From a virus (taxonomy: Duplodnaviria; Heunggongvirae; Uroviricota; Caudoviricetes): a stretch of DNA of 38,315 bases. Position numbers and translations under genes: made by a program. A model generated the notes under the pieces. The model ran no database searches and was not told the DNA's origin. It worked only from the letters and a program-made list of their open reading frames with translations. The DNA lies in the IMG/VR virus record IMGVR_UViG_3300013132_000019. One strand, given 5' to 3'. Of the stretch, positions 7,927 through 19,700 are shown piece after piece (positions within the stretch are counted from its first letter, which is position 1; the number at the start of each line of letters is the position of its first letter).

Positions 7927-7946
7927 ATACCATATATATATGGTAT
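7927..7946. promoter_or_regulatory. Perfect 20-bp palindrome upstream of the helicase gene
   Basis: ATACCATATATATATGGTAT is self-complementary and overlaps TATAAATA at 7922-7929. Confidence 0.45.
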
Positions 7947-7970
7947 AATTGACTTAATTTTCAGGTTTTT

Positions 7971-8456
7971 TTAAACGTTACTCGTATGTTCCCTGATAGT
8001 TCTAATGATGTCTGGTATAATGTCCTTAATGTTAATTTCATAGCGAACTTTTGGTGGGAAAAAGTTACCACTGAACTGTGTTTCACCAACTAAACGCTCT
8101 TCATTTCTTCTAAAATCAAAAAATGTTACTTTAAAACCGATAATATCTTCATTTTCAAACACGTCACGTCTGTCAATCATATCTTCAGTTTGTTTATAAT
8201 GTGGATTATATGTTCTCCACAAAAAATCAACACTTTTATCTTTCAGAAATGTCGGGATAATACCCATGCTACCGAATCGGTCATTGTTCATACCTGAAAG
8301 TTCATCCATCATTGGTTTAATGTCTTTTAGTTTTTCAAAATCAACATCTCTAACTGAGAAATATCTTTTACATAAAATATTACCATTAATTGTTAACAGA
8401 AATTCGAAATTTTGATGTGGTTTTCTTTCGTAATTGTGAGTTTGTTTTTGTTCCAT
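7971..8456 (-). CDS. Hypothetical protein (161 aa) in the replication module
   Basis: Intact ATG ORF co-oriented and tightly packed with its neighbours. Confidence 0.85.
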   Translation of the reverse strand: MEQKQTHNYERKPHQNFEFLLTINGNILCKRYFSVRDVDFEKLKDIKPMMDELSGMNNDRFGSMGIIPTFLKDKSVDFLWRTYNPHYKQTEDMIDRRDVFENEDIIGFKVTFFDFRRNEERLVGETQFSGNFFPPKVRYEINIKDIIPDIIRTIREHTSNV

Positions 8457-8461
8457 TTTTT

Positions 8462-9505
8462 TTAATTTTTATATTCTCTATCATTTAATTTTTTGAACGG
8501 TAAGAAATAGTCTGACATATAATATTCCTTTATTACATCATCTAAACTATCCCGTTTAACCATTTTATATACATTCATAATGCTTCTGTCATCACTTAAA
8601 GGTGTGTCAATAACATCATAAAAATGTTTTATTGATTTCTCGGTCATTTTTGGTTTACTCAAATTAACCAATTCATCGTTTATTTCATATATCTTTTCAC
8701 CTTGAATACCATCAGTAACTGAATTTATCAGATTATCCAAAGCTTTAAGTGGTTTCTTCTTATCTAAAACCCTATTCTCTTGTATCTGTTTAGCTTCATT
8801 TAGTATCTCATCAAGTTTAACAGACCTTTCAGTTATCTGTGGAAAATGCTTTAGTAACGTGTTTTCTTTAACACCTTTAATACCTTTAATGCTATCTGAA
8901 TTATCACCAGCGATAGTTTTAATTAACGCAATATTTGTATAGTGGTGGTTGAAATATTCACTATAATTTTCCTTAGTTAGATATACTTTCTTATCACAAA
9001 GATATATTTTAATTTGGTCATTTACAAGTTGACAGATGTCTCTATCGCTAGTACAAATTGTAATATCTTCATTATCAGCACGATTAATGCAATAAAAAGC
9101 TATATAATCATCAGCTTCTACAACGTCATCTTCAATTTGACGAATGGATAAGTGGTATAGATATTCTTTAACCATGTACTGTTGGAGTTTTTCATCCATA
9201 TCGTCTGGTTTGGTGCCAGTCTCATAGTTTTTACCCCTATCAGATTTATAGTCTGGATATATTGCATACCTCAGTTTACCACTGAACTCACCGTCCCAGA
9301 AGACGTATACTCTATGGTATACATCTTCGGACAGCAATTTTTTAAGAATAGTTATGAATTGATATAATCCACCAATATGTTGACCCTCTTTGTTATAAGC
9401 GTCATGGCTACCATGGTAACCTCTTTTGAATAGCGCATTACCATCTATCAAAAGCGTGTTAATCCTATCAATACGTTTACCTTTTTTTGGAGGTAATTTA
9501 GGCAT
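8462..9505 (-). CDS. 5'-3' exonuclease / flap endonuclease (T4 RNase H or Pol I N-terminal-like)
   Basis: LLIDGN, VFWDG, YKSDR, EADD, TSDRD and GDNSDSIKGIKG (H3TH) motifs. Confidence 0.93.
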   Translation of the reverse strand: MPKLPPKKGKRIDRINTLLIDGNALFKRGYHGSHDAYNKEGQHIGGLYQFITILKKLLSEDVYHRVYVFWDGEFSGKLRYAIYPDYKSDRGKNYETGTKPDDMDEKLQQYMVKEYLYHLSIRQIEDDVVEADDYIAFYCINRADNEDITICTSDRDICQLVNDQIKIYLCDKKVYLTKENYSEYFNHHYTNIALIKTIAGDNSDSIKGIKGVKENTLLKHFPQITERSVKLDEILNEAKQIQENRVLDKKKPLKALDNLINSVTDGIQGEKIYEINDELVNLSKPKMTEKSIKHFYDVIDTPLSDDRSIMNVYKMVKRDSLDDVIKEYYMSDYFLPFKKLNDREYKN

Positions 9506-9541
9506 TTACATTAGTTAAAATGGTTAAACATTCTATTAATT

Positions 9542-10663
9542 TCAGTTTAAGGTTTGCGCCAAATCTTCTTCAGTTAAACCTTGTTCTTCTTTAACGATTT
9601 CAAAATCATTATAAGGTACATTCAATCGACTTAAAATGAAGTCTCTATGTTTAGATTTATAATCGTTGATTTTATCTGGGTTCCAATATCCGTGTGGCGT
9701 TGAAGCTAACTTACCTTGTTCTTCGATACCATTGACTTGGTTTTTCTCGCACCTAACCTTTGTTTCAATACCAAATTGGTATGTTTCACCACCAGATGTG
9801 GCTTTAAGTTTGCTTGTTGAATGCGTTAGTATACCGCCAAAATGTACGATAACTCTAGCTGAATAGAATAAAGCCTCGCCACCCTTGTGTTTGACTACTT
9901 TATTTTCATTATCCAACCATATTTTTTGAACAACAGCAAGCGTATTGGTAAATTCTTTACCTTCTTTTTTAGAAGCTGGTATTCTATAATTTACCAAAGT
10001 TTTGAAAGCTGATTCCATAGCGCCAGCGTTCCATTGATTATTATTGTTCTTTGATGTTGCTGAACGATAACCGTTTATTGAACCTACAGAATCCCAAAGG
10101 AAACAAAGATTTCTTGGTAGGTCACCATTTTCCTGTGCATCCAATAAATCATTGATTAGTTTAGCAACATCTTCAATTACTGGCTCAAATCTTAACGGTT
10201 TTGTACCCTCTTTACCAGATGAATAATCATAGTTTTGATATCTTTTGACTAAATCATCACCACTGATAAAGATGAAATCACCATCATAATCATAGATTTC
10301 ACCTGTTGACTCGTCAACGATTTCGGTGAATTTTACACCAATATTTTTGGCATGCTCCCAATTCCAGTTACCTTCAGTTTCAATAATCACTGGTAAGTCA
10401 CCAATTTTTTGTGCGCCAGCAACAGCCTCATAAATTGCTGTTGATTTACCAGTATTACTATAACCTCTAAATGCCGTTACATAACCTCTGGCTAAACCTG
10501 GCATTTTTAATGCGTCATGATAGGCTTCTGACATTGGTATCCAAGATATTTCTTTTTCTTTTACCGTTACATCGTAACCATTATTTTTCTTAAATGAATC
10601 TAAATCGAATTTTTTGTTAGCTGTGTTTGTTTCAGAACTTTTTTTAGGTGCTTTTTTAGCCAT
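9542..10663 (-). CDS. uvsX: RecA/UvsX-like recombinase
   Basis: Walker A GYSNTGKS, IETE, Walker B FLWDSVGS, GGEALFYSA and KNQV. Start placed at ATG 10663 (MAKKAPKK) because the longer ORF runs through a terminator hairpin. Confidence 0.88.
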   Translation of the reverse strand: MAKKAPKKSSETNTANKKFDLDSFKKNNGYDVTVKEKEISWIPMSEAYHDALKMPGLARGYVTAFRGYSNTGKSTAIYEAVAGAQKIGDLPVIIETEGNWNWEHAKNIGVKFTEIVDESTGEIYDYDGDFIFISGDDLVKRYQNYDYSSGKEGTKPLRFEPVIEDVAKLINDLLDAQENGDLPRNLCFLWDSVGSINGYRSATSKNNNNQWNAGAMESAFKTLVNYRIPASKKEGKEFTNTLAVVQKIWLDNENKVVKHKGGEALFYSARVIVHFGGILTHSTSKLKATSGGETYQFGIETKVRCEKNQVNGIEEQGKLASTPHGYWNPDKINDYKSKHRDFILSRLNVPYNDFEIVKEEQGLTEEDLAQTLN

Positions 10664-10703
10664 AATATACTTTTTAATTAAAATGTTATTTTTTTTTGAA
10701 TAA

Positions 10704-10735
10704 AAAAATAAGTGGTTTTTACGCCACTTATTTTT
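10704..10735 (-). terminator. Intrinsic terminator after the SSB gene
   Basis: AAAAATAAGTGG / CCACTTATTTTT inverted repeat ending in a U run on the minus strand. Confidence 0.65.
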
Positions 10736-10751
10736 CATTCAAATTAAATGA

Positions 10752-11651
10752 TTAGAACGGTAAATCGTCTTCGTCATCATCAGTACCAGCTGCTACAGCT
10801 GTAGGTTGCATTGCTTCATCACTAGTCAATTTACTATTTGATGAACCGATTGATAATTCACTTTCCAAATCATCAGTTGTTGATTCTGAATCATTATTTT
10901 CGGATAGTGATTCCTTATCAACCCAACATTCTTTAACTTTATCCCAAGCTGGAACACCACCTCTAACAACCACTTCCAAGTAGTCGTATGATTTAACAGC
11001 ATAAATACCGTCTCTCCAAGTTCTAGTATCACCCAACCACTCAGTAACTTTAGCTTTATCTTCAGATAGTGGGGTTTTATCCAATTGAATAATTGATTGA
11101 ACAACTGGTGAGCCGTTAGCGTTTCTAGCTAAATTAATCTGAAGGTCTCTACCTGTTTCTGGGTCAGCAATATCATGCTTAACAGCCTTATAGATACCAA
11201 CAATCTTATCGAAGGTACCAGTTTTTTGCCAGTTATCTGCGAATCGCCAGAATTTAACACCCTCGTTCTCTTTATCTCTATCAATAACTTTTACAATATA
11301 GAATTTACGAACGTTGAATTTTTTAGCAAGTTCTTTGCTTTCTTCGGTACCTTCGGCTCTTAAAGCATTTCTTGTCTCACAAAATGGACAATCTTTACCC
11401 TCTTCTTTGTCCAAACAAGGAAATGTTTTCCAATCACCATCAAGTTTATACTTATGGGCATGCATTTCTACGAATGGGGTTGCTTGACCTTCAGCAGCTG
11501 GAAGGATTCTAATTGTTTTAGTACCTTCTTTAACACCGTCTGGAAGGTAGGTGCTGAAATAATTTGCTAAGTCATATGTCTTAGCCTCGAAATTTGAATT
11601 ACTACCAGATTTACTATACTGGTTTAAAATTGCGTCTAATGGATTACTCAT
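10752..11651 (-). CDS. Single-stranded DNA-binding protein, T4 gp32-like
   Basis: IRILP, H...C-x8-CPFC zinc site, G.D..I motif, acidic tail ending DDLPF; adjacent to the recombinase. Confidence 0.88.
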   Translation of the reverse strand: MSNPLDAILNQYSKSGSNSNFEAKTYDLANYFSTYLPDGVKEGTKTIRILPAAEGQATPFVEMHAHKYKLDGDWKTFPCLDKEEGKDCPFCETRNALRAEGTEESKELAKKFNVRKFYIVKVIDRDKENEGVKFWRFADNWQKTGTFDKIVGIYKAVKHDIADPETGRDLQINLARNANGSPVVQSIIQLDKTPLSEDKAKVTEWLGDTRTWRDGIYAVKSYDYLEVVVRGGVPAWDKVKECWVDKESLSENNDSESTTDDLESELSIGSSNSKLTSDEAMQPTAVAAGTDDDEDDLPF

Positions 11652-11715
11652 GTTTTTAAAATTTAAATGTTAATAATTATTATTGTTATGTTATATATGT
11701 TCGTATAACACACAT

Positions 11716-11748
11716 TGCAAATGTACCACAAAATTGCAGCGGTGTCAA
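11716..11748 (-). promoter_or_regulatory. Host-sigma-type promoter upstream of SSB
   Basis: Minus strand TTGACA-N17-TACATTTGCA; contains the Bacteroidetes -7 consensus TAnnTTTG. Confidence 0.7.
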
Positions 11749-11772
11749 CAGTTATGTTAAAAAAATTTTTTT

Positions 11773-12465
11773 TTAGATGTCTTCCTCTTCAAAATCACCG
11801 AAACTATCCTTTATATCGGTATTTGAAAAGTCATTAACGTCAGCTTTGGTTAAAACATATTCCTTTGGTTTTGTTTCACCCATATTACTTTGTGAACTTT
11901 GAACCGTTGTCACCTTATCTGAATGGTCAGACCAAAAATCACTAAGCTTAATGTTATATGGGAATGAATCCAATGAACGCATTTCAATCTTTTCCGTTGG
12001 TGTTGGATTACGTTTGGCAATCTCAGCACTCATTTTTGTTAACTCATTATCCAAAGAATCAATCTTTTTTGTCATTTGACTCATAGAGTTAACTTGTGCA
12101 GCCAATTTATTGAAGTTATCCAGAAGCTCGGCCATTTTAGCGCTATTCTCTTCTGAAGAAGCTTTAAGGTCATTTGATGTATTTACTAAATCTGTCACAT
12201 CAAGTTCAACCTCATCACCACCCATATCATCAACAGGTTCTTCTTCACCAAATGATTCTTCACCACCCATATCATCAACAGGTTCTTCTGGTGTTTCTGA
12301 GTTTTCAGCATCATCTGCTGGTGGTAATTCCTTTTCTAAATCAGCAAGTTCTTTATCTAACTCATCATCCTCAGCTTCATTAACACCAATGAAAGAGTAT
12401 TCTGATATTTGCATAAATCGTTTAGCTTCTTCAGTGATAAGCTTATTTTTATTCTCTATCTTCAT
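11773..12465 (-). CDS. Acidic coiled-coil hypothetical protein (possible head/scaffold-associated)
   Basis: 230 aa, very D/E-rich, with a duplicated EEPVDDMGG. Confidence 0.8.
   Translation of the reverse strand: MKIENKNKLITEEAKRFMQISEYSFIGVNEAEDDELDKELADLEKELPPADDAENSETPEEPVDDMGGEESFGEEEPVDDMGGDEVELDVTDLVNTSNDLKASSEENSAKMAELLDNFNKLAAQVNSMSQMTKKIDSLDNELTKMSAEIAKRNPTPTEKIEMRSLDSFPYNIKLSDFWSDHSDKVTTVQSSQSNMGETKPKEYVLTKADVNDFSNTDIKDSFGDFEEEDI
12215..12289. repeat. Intragenic 30-bp direct repeat (period 45)
   Basis: TCACCACCCATATCATCAACAGGTTCTTCT at 12215-12244 and 12260-12289. Confidence 0.8.
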
Positions 12466-12466
12466 A

Positions 12467-12649
12467 TTAAGTAAGTAATTGTCTTCCGTCCTGTGTTATT
12501 ACTTTTTTATTGACAACTTCAATAAGACTTTTGTCGTTTTTGATTATGCAAACGTCATCTTTACATTCGATGGTTTTATTATCTTTGTTTTCATTCTGAG
12601 CTAAGAACTCATCCAATTCAGTGAAAAGTTTTTCTCTTTTATTTTCCAT
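12467..12649 (-). CDS. Hypothetical protein (60 aa)
   Basis: ATG ORF abutting the next gene. Confidence 0.75.
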   Translation of the reverse strand: MENKREKLFTELDEFLAQNENKDNKTIECKDDVCIIKNDKSLIEVVNKKVITQDGRQLLT

Positions 12650-12697
12650 AACTAATTAATTTTAAATAATGTTATATAAGTAAATATCTCAAAATGA

Positions 12698-13102
12698 CTA
12701 AAAAATTCTTTTTATATCATTAATAATGAGTTCATTTTCAAAAGAGGTTATTAATTTATTCTGATATTCCGACCAATCTATTTTAACTGATGTATAATCA
12801 ATATTACCAATCGCGTTTGGATTAAGGGTTTCTATCAATCTATTCAGACCGTTTATTGTGTAAAGACAATCACCCTTTTTATGTACAATAAGTGAATTTG
12901 TGAAATCTTTGCTTAGATTAAGTTTATCATCTTGCGGAACTGAATATCTGAATGTCATAACATAATGCTCTGGATTATCGTTATTAACATATGTGAATAT
13001 ATGTTTTTGTTTGATGTTGAACCTGCCCTCCATAAAACCATAAAACCATTCTATCTTGTTTTTTTCAACAAATGTGGCTATGATTACTTGTTTGTCATTC
13101 AT
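12698..13102 (-). CDS. Hypothetical protein
   Basis: ORF track 12698..13150; ATG at 13102 (MNDKQV) overlaps the upstream stop codon and is the more likely start. Confidence 0.8.
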   Translation of the reverse strand: MNDKQVIIATFVEKNKIEWFYGFMEGRFNIKQKHIFTYVNNDNPEHYVMTFRYSVPQDDKLNLSKDFTNSLIVHKKGDCLYTINGLNRLIETLNPNAIGNIDYTSVKIDWSEYQNKLITSFENELIINDIKRIF

Positions 13103-13703
13103 TTTTACGTATAGAATATAAATATGGAATGTATTTATAATCATTTTCATACATATCCATAAAATCTTTATATTCTATAATTATCTCGTTACCTTGCAGA
13201 AAGACATCCGATACTTTTTTTATTTTAGATATTATTTTTTCTCTGTCATCACCAATAAATTCATAGAACATTATATTAATACCTAAGATAACACCCATGG
13301 TATAGATATAAAGCATATCCTTATTGTGATAAGTGATTATTTTATCATCGGTTTTTTCTATTTTATCAAACATTCTCTGATGTTTATCTTCTGACATCAG
13401 TAATGGGTCAATAAAATAATAATCAGTATCTTTAATGATTAAGTTATAGCAATACTTCTTAAATTCATATAAATCTAAGTCATGATAACTTCGGTGTTCA
13501 TCTATTGTGAAAGTCCAATATTTATTGTTATCAAGCTTTCTATCTAAGATATCAATAGACTCACCAAACATTGTTTTAACGTCTTTAAATCCAATAAAAA
13601 TAGCTGGTGAATGTATTAATTCATTATAGTCAGCATAGGATATCACCTCGAAATTATTTTCGGGCTTTATTCGTTCATCTGATATAATATAACCAATTGT
13701 CAT
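13095..13703 (-). CDS. Hypothetical protein (202 aa)
   Basis: Intact ATG ORF with its own promoter-like motif. Confidence 0.8.
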   Translation of the reverse strand: MTIGYIISDERIKPENNFEVISYADYNELIHSPAIFIGFKDVKTMFGESIDILDRKLDNNKYWTFTIDEHRSYHDLDLYEFKKYCYNLIIKDTDYYFIDPLLMSEDKHQRMFDKIEKTDDKIITYHNKDMLYIYTMGVILGINIMFYEFIGDDREKIISKIKKVSDVFLQGNEIIIEYKDFMDMYENDYKYIPYLYSIRKNE

Positions 13704-13705
13704 CT

Positions 13706-13738
13706 TGCAAAGATACTAAATAATATTAAACTTATCAA
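13706..13738 (-). promoter_or_regulatory. Host-sigma-type promoter
   Basis: Minus strand TTGATA-N17-TATCTTTGCA; same architecture as the SSB promoter. Confidence 0.6.
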
Positions 13739-16700
13739 GCAGTATATTCGGTTATCTGACCAGCATTTAAAGCTGCTACAGCTTCTGATGTAAAGGCATC
13801 ACCTTCGTTACCACCATTTTTATCATAAGAAATATGGAAATGGGAAGCTGTTGCTGTTGGTGATGGGTATCTATATTCATCCAAAAATTTAAATTGTGGG
13901 TTTTGACCAACCACAAACCCTTGAAGTATCTTTTTAACATTGTTTATTATTATCTCATTCTGTGGGGAGTATGTTACAGCTGTTTGTTGGTTTAATGGTT
14001 TTGATTTATTGTCGTTACGAATACTTATATAATTACTCGGTGTTGGTATTTTTTGTCCATTACCTATTACAAAATCTATTGCGTTACCCTTTGCATGTCT
14101 ACTTTTGGCGCTATCTTTATGTGATTGGTCGTTACCAGCGGTAACCTGAACATAATATGTTGGGTATAGTTGTTTAATTTTATTAAATACGGCTGATGCG
14201 TATCTCTCAATATCAGTACTTATGTCATTACCAGAGTTATCTATCGCTCTACCATTTTCAGTGTAATCTAATTTATTTAAGGTTTCTCTTAACTTATCAG
14301 CATTGGGTGTTTTCGGTACATCTAGCGATGGTTTATATTCTTTTGTTATTTCATAATAAGCAGCATCAATTCTACCACACCAACCGTTATACCAATCAAG
14401 ATATATTTTAAGATTGTCTATTTTATCATATAACGGTTTGTTATTATTCATTCTACCCGATAAATCACTACCATCACTCAATTCGGACAAATTATTTTTT
14501 ACAATTGTATTATAACCACTCTTACCTTGTTGATGACTCAAATATGCGTCCCTAGTATTTTGTAGTGATGTTGGGTTAGTATCAAGATTAAATATTGCTA
14601 ATTGTGAAGCTGCAATGATAGAAATTAAATCATCAAATAATGAATTTGTTATTCGATTATTATCAGCTGGGTTTGCATTATATTTATCACGGATAGGTAT
14701 TTTTAAAGATTTTCTTTGTTGGTCAACATTAGCAAAAAATGTATATTGATTGAAATCCTCCAGTTTATTGAATAATAAATCTGAAACCGATTTATTCACT
14801 TGATTTGCCGCATCAACACCAAACTGCATTAACCCAACATACCCAAGTGGGTTCATGCCGTCACCTATACCACCCTTATTAACACCAACAACGGTTTCTA
14901 ATACTGATATGGTTTTTAGAACGTTTATATCAACTTTAGTTAACTTAGCCGCGATGTCGAATATTTGATTATAGGTTAATCTTTGACCATTTTTAATTGT
15001 ATTTGATTCTCTATCAAATAATGAATTGTTAAAACCATATTCTCTATTTGAGTTTTGGAAGTTGTATTGATAGATGTTCGTATTTGTACTATTTGTAGCT
15101 TGATTTTTACCAGTAGCGGTATCTTCATTGGCATTTTTAACTGGAACTGGTTCATTACCTGTAGTACTATCTGTATTCACAGCTGGCTCATCTAAATCAT
15201 ATTTGATTGATGCTAAATCTTCTGACCCAGCTATTAATGACTTGATTTCGTAAAGGTCTTGATTTAGTTCAGTGTCAATATCTTTAATTCTAACACCAGT
15301 AAATTGAGTAGTCATATGGTTCGGCTTGATATTATGCGTGGTATTAATTATAATATACCCACCCCTAAACATTGGTATATTGTTCAACTGAAAATACATC
15401 ATAGGTTGTATCATCGGCATACCTAAAGCCTCAACTTTAGCACTATAACTTCTAGTTTGATACACATTATATAAATTTTGACCCTTAAATGCTGGATTAT
15501 TTTTATCCCCGCTATTACTTAACTTATCAATTATGACCAATGATTCTTCAGTTTCAACAAATTCTTTTTGGTCTAAGGTTAAGTCTTTGAAGAAGTTTTG
15601 ATTTTGTTGTGCATAATTTACCTCAAATATTGGTATTGCCCTTTCACTTTTGCTTAAATCAGTATTAAAAGCTGAACTTTTTATTTGTTTGCCACACGGA
15701 CTAAAATCAACACCATCATCAATAAAATCACTATTTTCACCTAAATCTAAATTTGTTGAGTTTTGACCAATATAGACACAAACGAATGATGGTCCATATG
15801 TTATATTCTCGTCATTAGTCACCATGTCCAAATAACTAATTGGTCTAAATACAGACTTAAGACCTGCTTCATTTTTAAAATTAACAAAAGTGGGTAACGG
15901 AATGAAGTTAAAATTATTATTAGCTAAAATATTACTAATAATATCAAAAAAACTTTGATTGTAATTTTTAATTAATAATTCAGAAATAACATCAGGATTG
16001 AGTATAAACTTATCGCTAATATCATTGTAGCCTTTATCTAAAAAGATAAAGGAATCAAATAAGTTATCATATTCACCAGTATAGCCATAATTTGAACAGG
16101 GATAAAACATTTGACCACCTATTTCCCCCGAACCAATCCATTTATTATTTATTGCTGATAAATGTCGATAAATTTGTAATTTAATTAAATCATTTGAGGT
16201 GCTTTTAAAAATACCATTTTTAATTGTGTCCTCATCGATTTTTTGTTCACGGTACTCATCATAAAGTCTTCTAAATTCTTCAACAAATACTTCTAAGAAT
16301 TTTTTAAATGTCGTTTTTTTAACCGTGATTGGTTTATAAGGGCCTGTCAATTTGTTATCCTCCCTTTGACTTTGATAAAAAGTATACGGTGATGCATTAA
16401 GTATTACCAACTGTTTACTAAATAACTTCATCAACGGGTTGTTTAATTCTGGTTTAAAATCAAAAGTTAATGAATAGAATCTACTATCCCCACCAACTGG
16501 TGGTTTATTAGGGAATATATACTTATAATTACTGCTATTTATCGGTTCATTAGAATACCATGGGTTATCTATACTAACATTAGCTGTCATAGCTGAATAG
16601 TTTATAACACTACTTCCTTGCCATGTCGTTAGGTTAGCTAAGTTATTACTATTTGTAATGTATCCATCTGGAAACACCTCTAAAAGTGTTCTTAAATATT

Positions 16701-19700
16701 TAAAGCCAGAGTCTATTGAAATATCATTGTATGACCAACTTTTAAATCTTTCTATGAACTCATCTTTTACTTGTTTTGGTAACTTTAATAATGTTTCATC
16801 AACCTTACGATATTTACCAGTCGGACTAAAAAACATTGCTGGTTTATCCTCATTATCAATTTCTTTTGTTGATAAATTAAAAAATAACTCATCTGGTTTT
16901 GGATATACTGTTATACCAGGCACTAAATTAACATTAGTATCTACAGTTTTTGTTATTATGAGGTCTTCCCCAGTTTTTTTAAACTCTTCGTATCGCCATA
17001 ATATACTACCAACCCAATAAACCCACAATGCTGGAGCATTAATAAATGCTGATGAACTAGTGAACATTCCCATTACACTACGATAATTACCTAGTGAAAA
17101 ATTATTGGACAGCGTGTTTTCAGTAAAGTTATTTTCGGTACCATCAATTAAACCTTTTAATGGTAATGTGTTTAAAAATAAAAATGATTTAGCTAAATCG
17201 GGGGACTTAGATATTGATTGTGCATAATACAAAGGGCTACCGAATAAGCTCACACCCCATAAATAACTTGAACTCGCTCCAGTTTTTGAAAAACCAAAAC
17301 TAATATCTGTTACTACATTATTTTCGGTATTATTATTAGTTATTTGGTTATTAACGATTTGTATATTACTACCGTTACTTTCAAACTCATATAAAACAGG
17401 CCTTTGTGGAACGCCACCAGTAACAGTTAATTTATCACTACCTACGTATTTTGGATTTACACCTAATTTTGTACCATAGTTACTTTCTGTGTTTGAAAAA
17501 AATAATGGTGACATTAACGAATAACCTTCACTGTTAGATATTGATTTAGCTTCATCATATGTCGCTTTGACTTTAGAAAAATTGGTAACGCCAAATTTGT
17601 CCCTCTCAATCGGGTTGGTATTTTTTACTAATCTTGGTCTATCTGTTGATGCACCGCCAGATTCATTTAACGAGTTTTCCTCTGGATATTTACCATATAG
17701 ATTACTTGATTTATAGTCATCATAGGTCTTTGTGGCTTTTTCTACTGGTAATGTATAATCGCTATTAGCATAGGTAGTATAATCAATTATACGCAAATAA
17801 GTTGCACCATCATCAACTTTATTATCTTCAGAAGTGCCATTAACATAGTTACCTAAATACGTGGAAGTTACATTACCAGATAGTGCTGGGTTATTAATCA
17901 GCTTAAATCCATTATAGAACGCAATACCATCATAATCACCATCTATCGGTATGTAGGCTCTACCAGTATCTTCAGTGTTAATATATGTATATTTATATTC
18001 ATCTGCAACCTCATCCATATATATAGTACCACCTGCTGGATGTTTTAAATCACCAGAAATCATAAATTCACCCTTTGTATATGAATTGATAACAGAATCT
18101 GCTGTTTTATAAAAATCGACAAGTGCTGATTTTTTAGTAAAATCGGAATCATCATACCCTATACCATCAAACATGTTCCAAGCCTCAAACTTTGCCATAA
18201 ATTCTAACAGGTCTGGATTTGGTACGTTATTATTATCATAACCTGCGTTACCAATACCTAAATAAATAAACATTCGATACATTAATAACCTAAAATATTC
18301 GTCAGGTTTGGCTTTATTACCTAATCTGAAATATGGGTTTTTATTGTAACCAAAAATGCTTATTGGTGTATCTAAGGGATTTAAACAAAACCAAGTGCGT
18401 GGAGGGTTGTTTAAAAATGACGAAAGATTAATATCATCCCGTTTACTCTTTATTAAAGCCTCTAATAATTCTTCAACAAATTTTAACTCATCAACTTCGT
18501 TGGCGTCAACTACAGAACCAAGCCATGTTTCATTACCATCTTTATTATATTCTGGCCAAGGATAAATGTCCGAATTTTGTTTAATATTTAAACTACCAGC
18601 TTTAAGTAATGATTCCAGTTGTTTTATTCTATCGTTAGATTTAGATGCTTTATCAGACACTCTAGCTATTGTTCTTAAAAAAGTATCACAACTAGCAACT
18701 AATGTTCTAAATATGGTTCCAATCGTAGGGTCTATATCAAAATTTCGCTTACCGTATCGTCTAATCTCTTTAGAAAATTCTTCCCGTAATTCTTTATCGT
18801 ATACCTCATTAGCATCGATAATTTCATTTATCTCTATTGCATTCTTTTTGAGGTCATAAACATAAAAATTACCAGTATACTTTGATAATTTACTGTCATT
18901 AGTTCTAATCAAATTTGTTACCCTATCTTTATCCGTATCTATTGTCTTATCATAACCATTATTTGACGCATTAATAAAATTATCAATTGAAGTTTCAATA
19001 TTACTCGCTGAATCACCAATTTTTATTTTTTGATATGTAAGTGGTCCAGAAATAATTGGTAACATATTTTCTGGTTCAAATTTAGTAGATTTTAAATATT
19101 TGTTTATTTCGGAAATTTTTTCGTTTAGTTTAGATTTATAGTCGTTTAATACATCATCTTTTTTTTCTTTTACATATACAAAATCATTACCGCTTATACC
19201 ACTACCGATTCTATTAGCATCATCACCTAAACTTAAAATAAATTCTCGATTAAGTGATTTTATCTGTGATAAGATTTGATTGACTTTGTTTAACGAAGCT
19301 AATTTTTGGAAACTTTCACTATTTTGTTTTATATCTGGTATTGCACCCTTTAATTTTGCAAGTTTTTCTAACAAATCATTTATAGTGTTGGTTTGCTTTG
19401 AAGCATCAGCATCAACTATCTTTTTATCATAATCTGATTTTACATTTATAAATTCTTCACTACCAATGGTTGTATATGGTATGGCCTTTAAATAACCAAT
19501 TAACATATCGGTTAACATTGCATAAGTGTAACCTATGAATTCAGCCTCAATTTCAAAATTTCCAGTTTGTGAATTAAATTTGGCATTCCATTTGGTTAAA
19601 TGTAAACAATAACTGACCGCTTTACCATAATAACCCTTAACCGTCAAATTAAATAATGGGTATGGTAATTCAAAAAACATACTGTATTTTGAATTATTTC

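Noticed and set aside
10664-10738. N-terminal extension of the recombinase ORF
   Set aside because: It runs through a terminator hairpin and A-tracts; ATG 10663 is the more plausible start.
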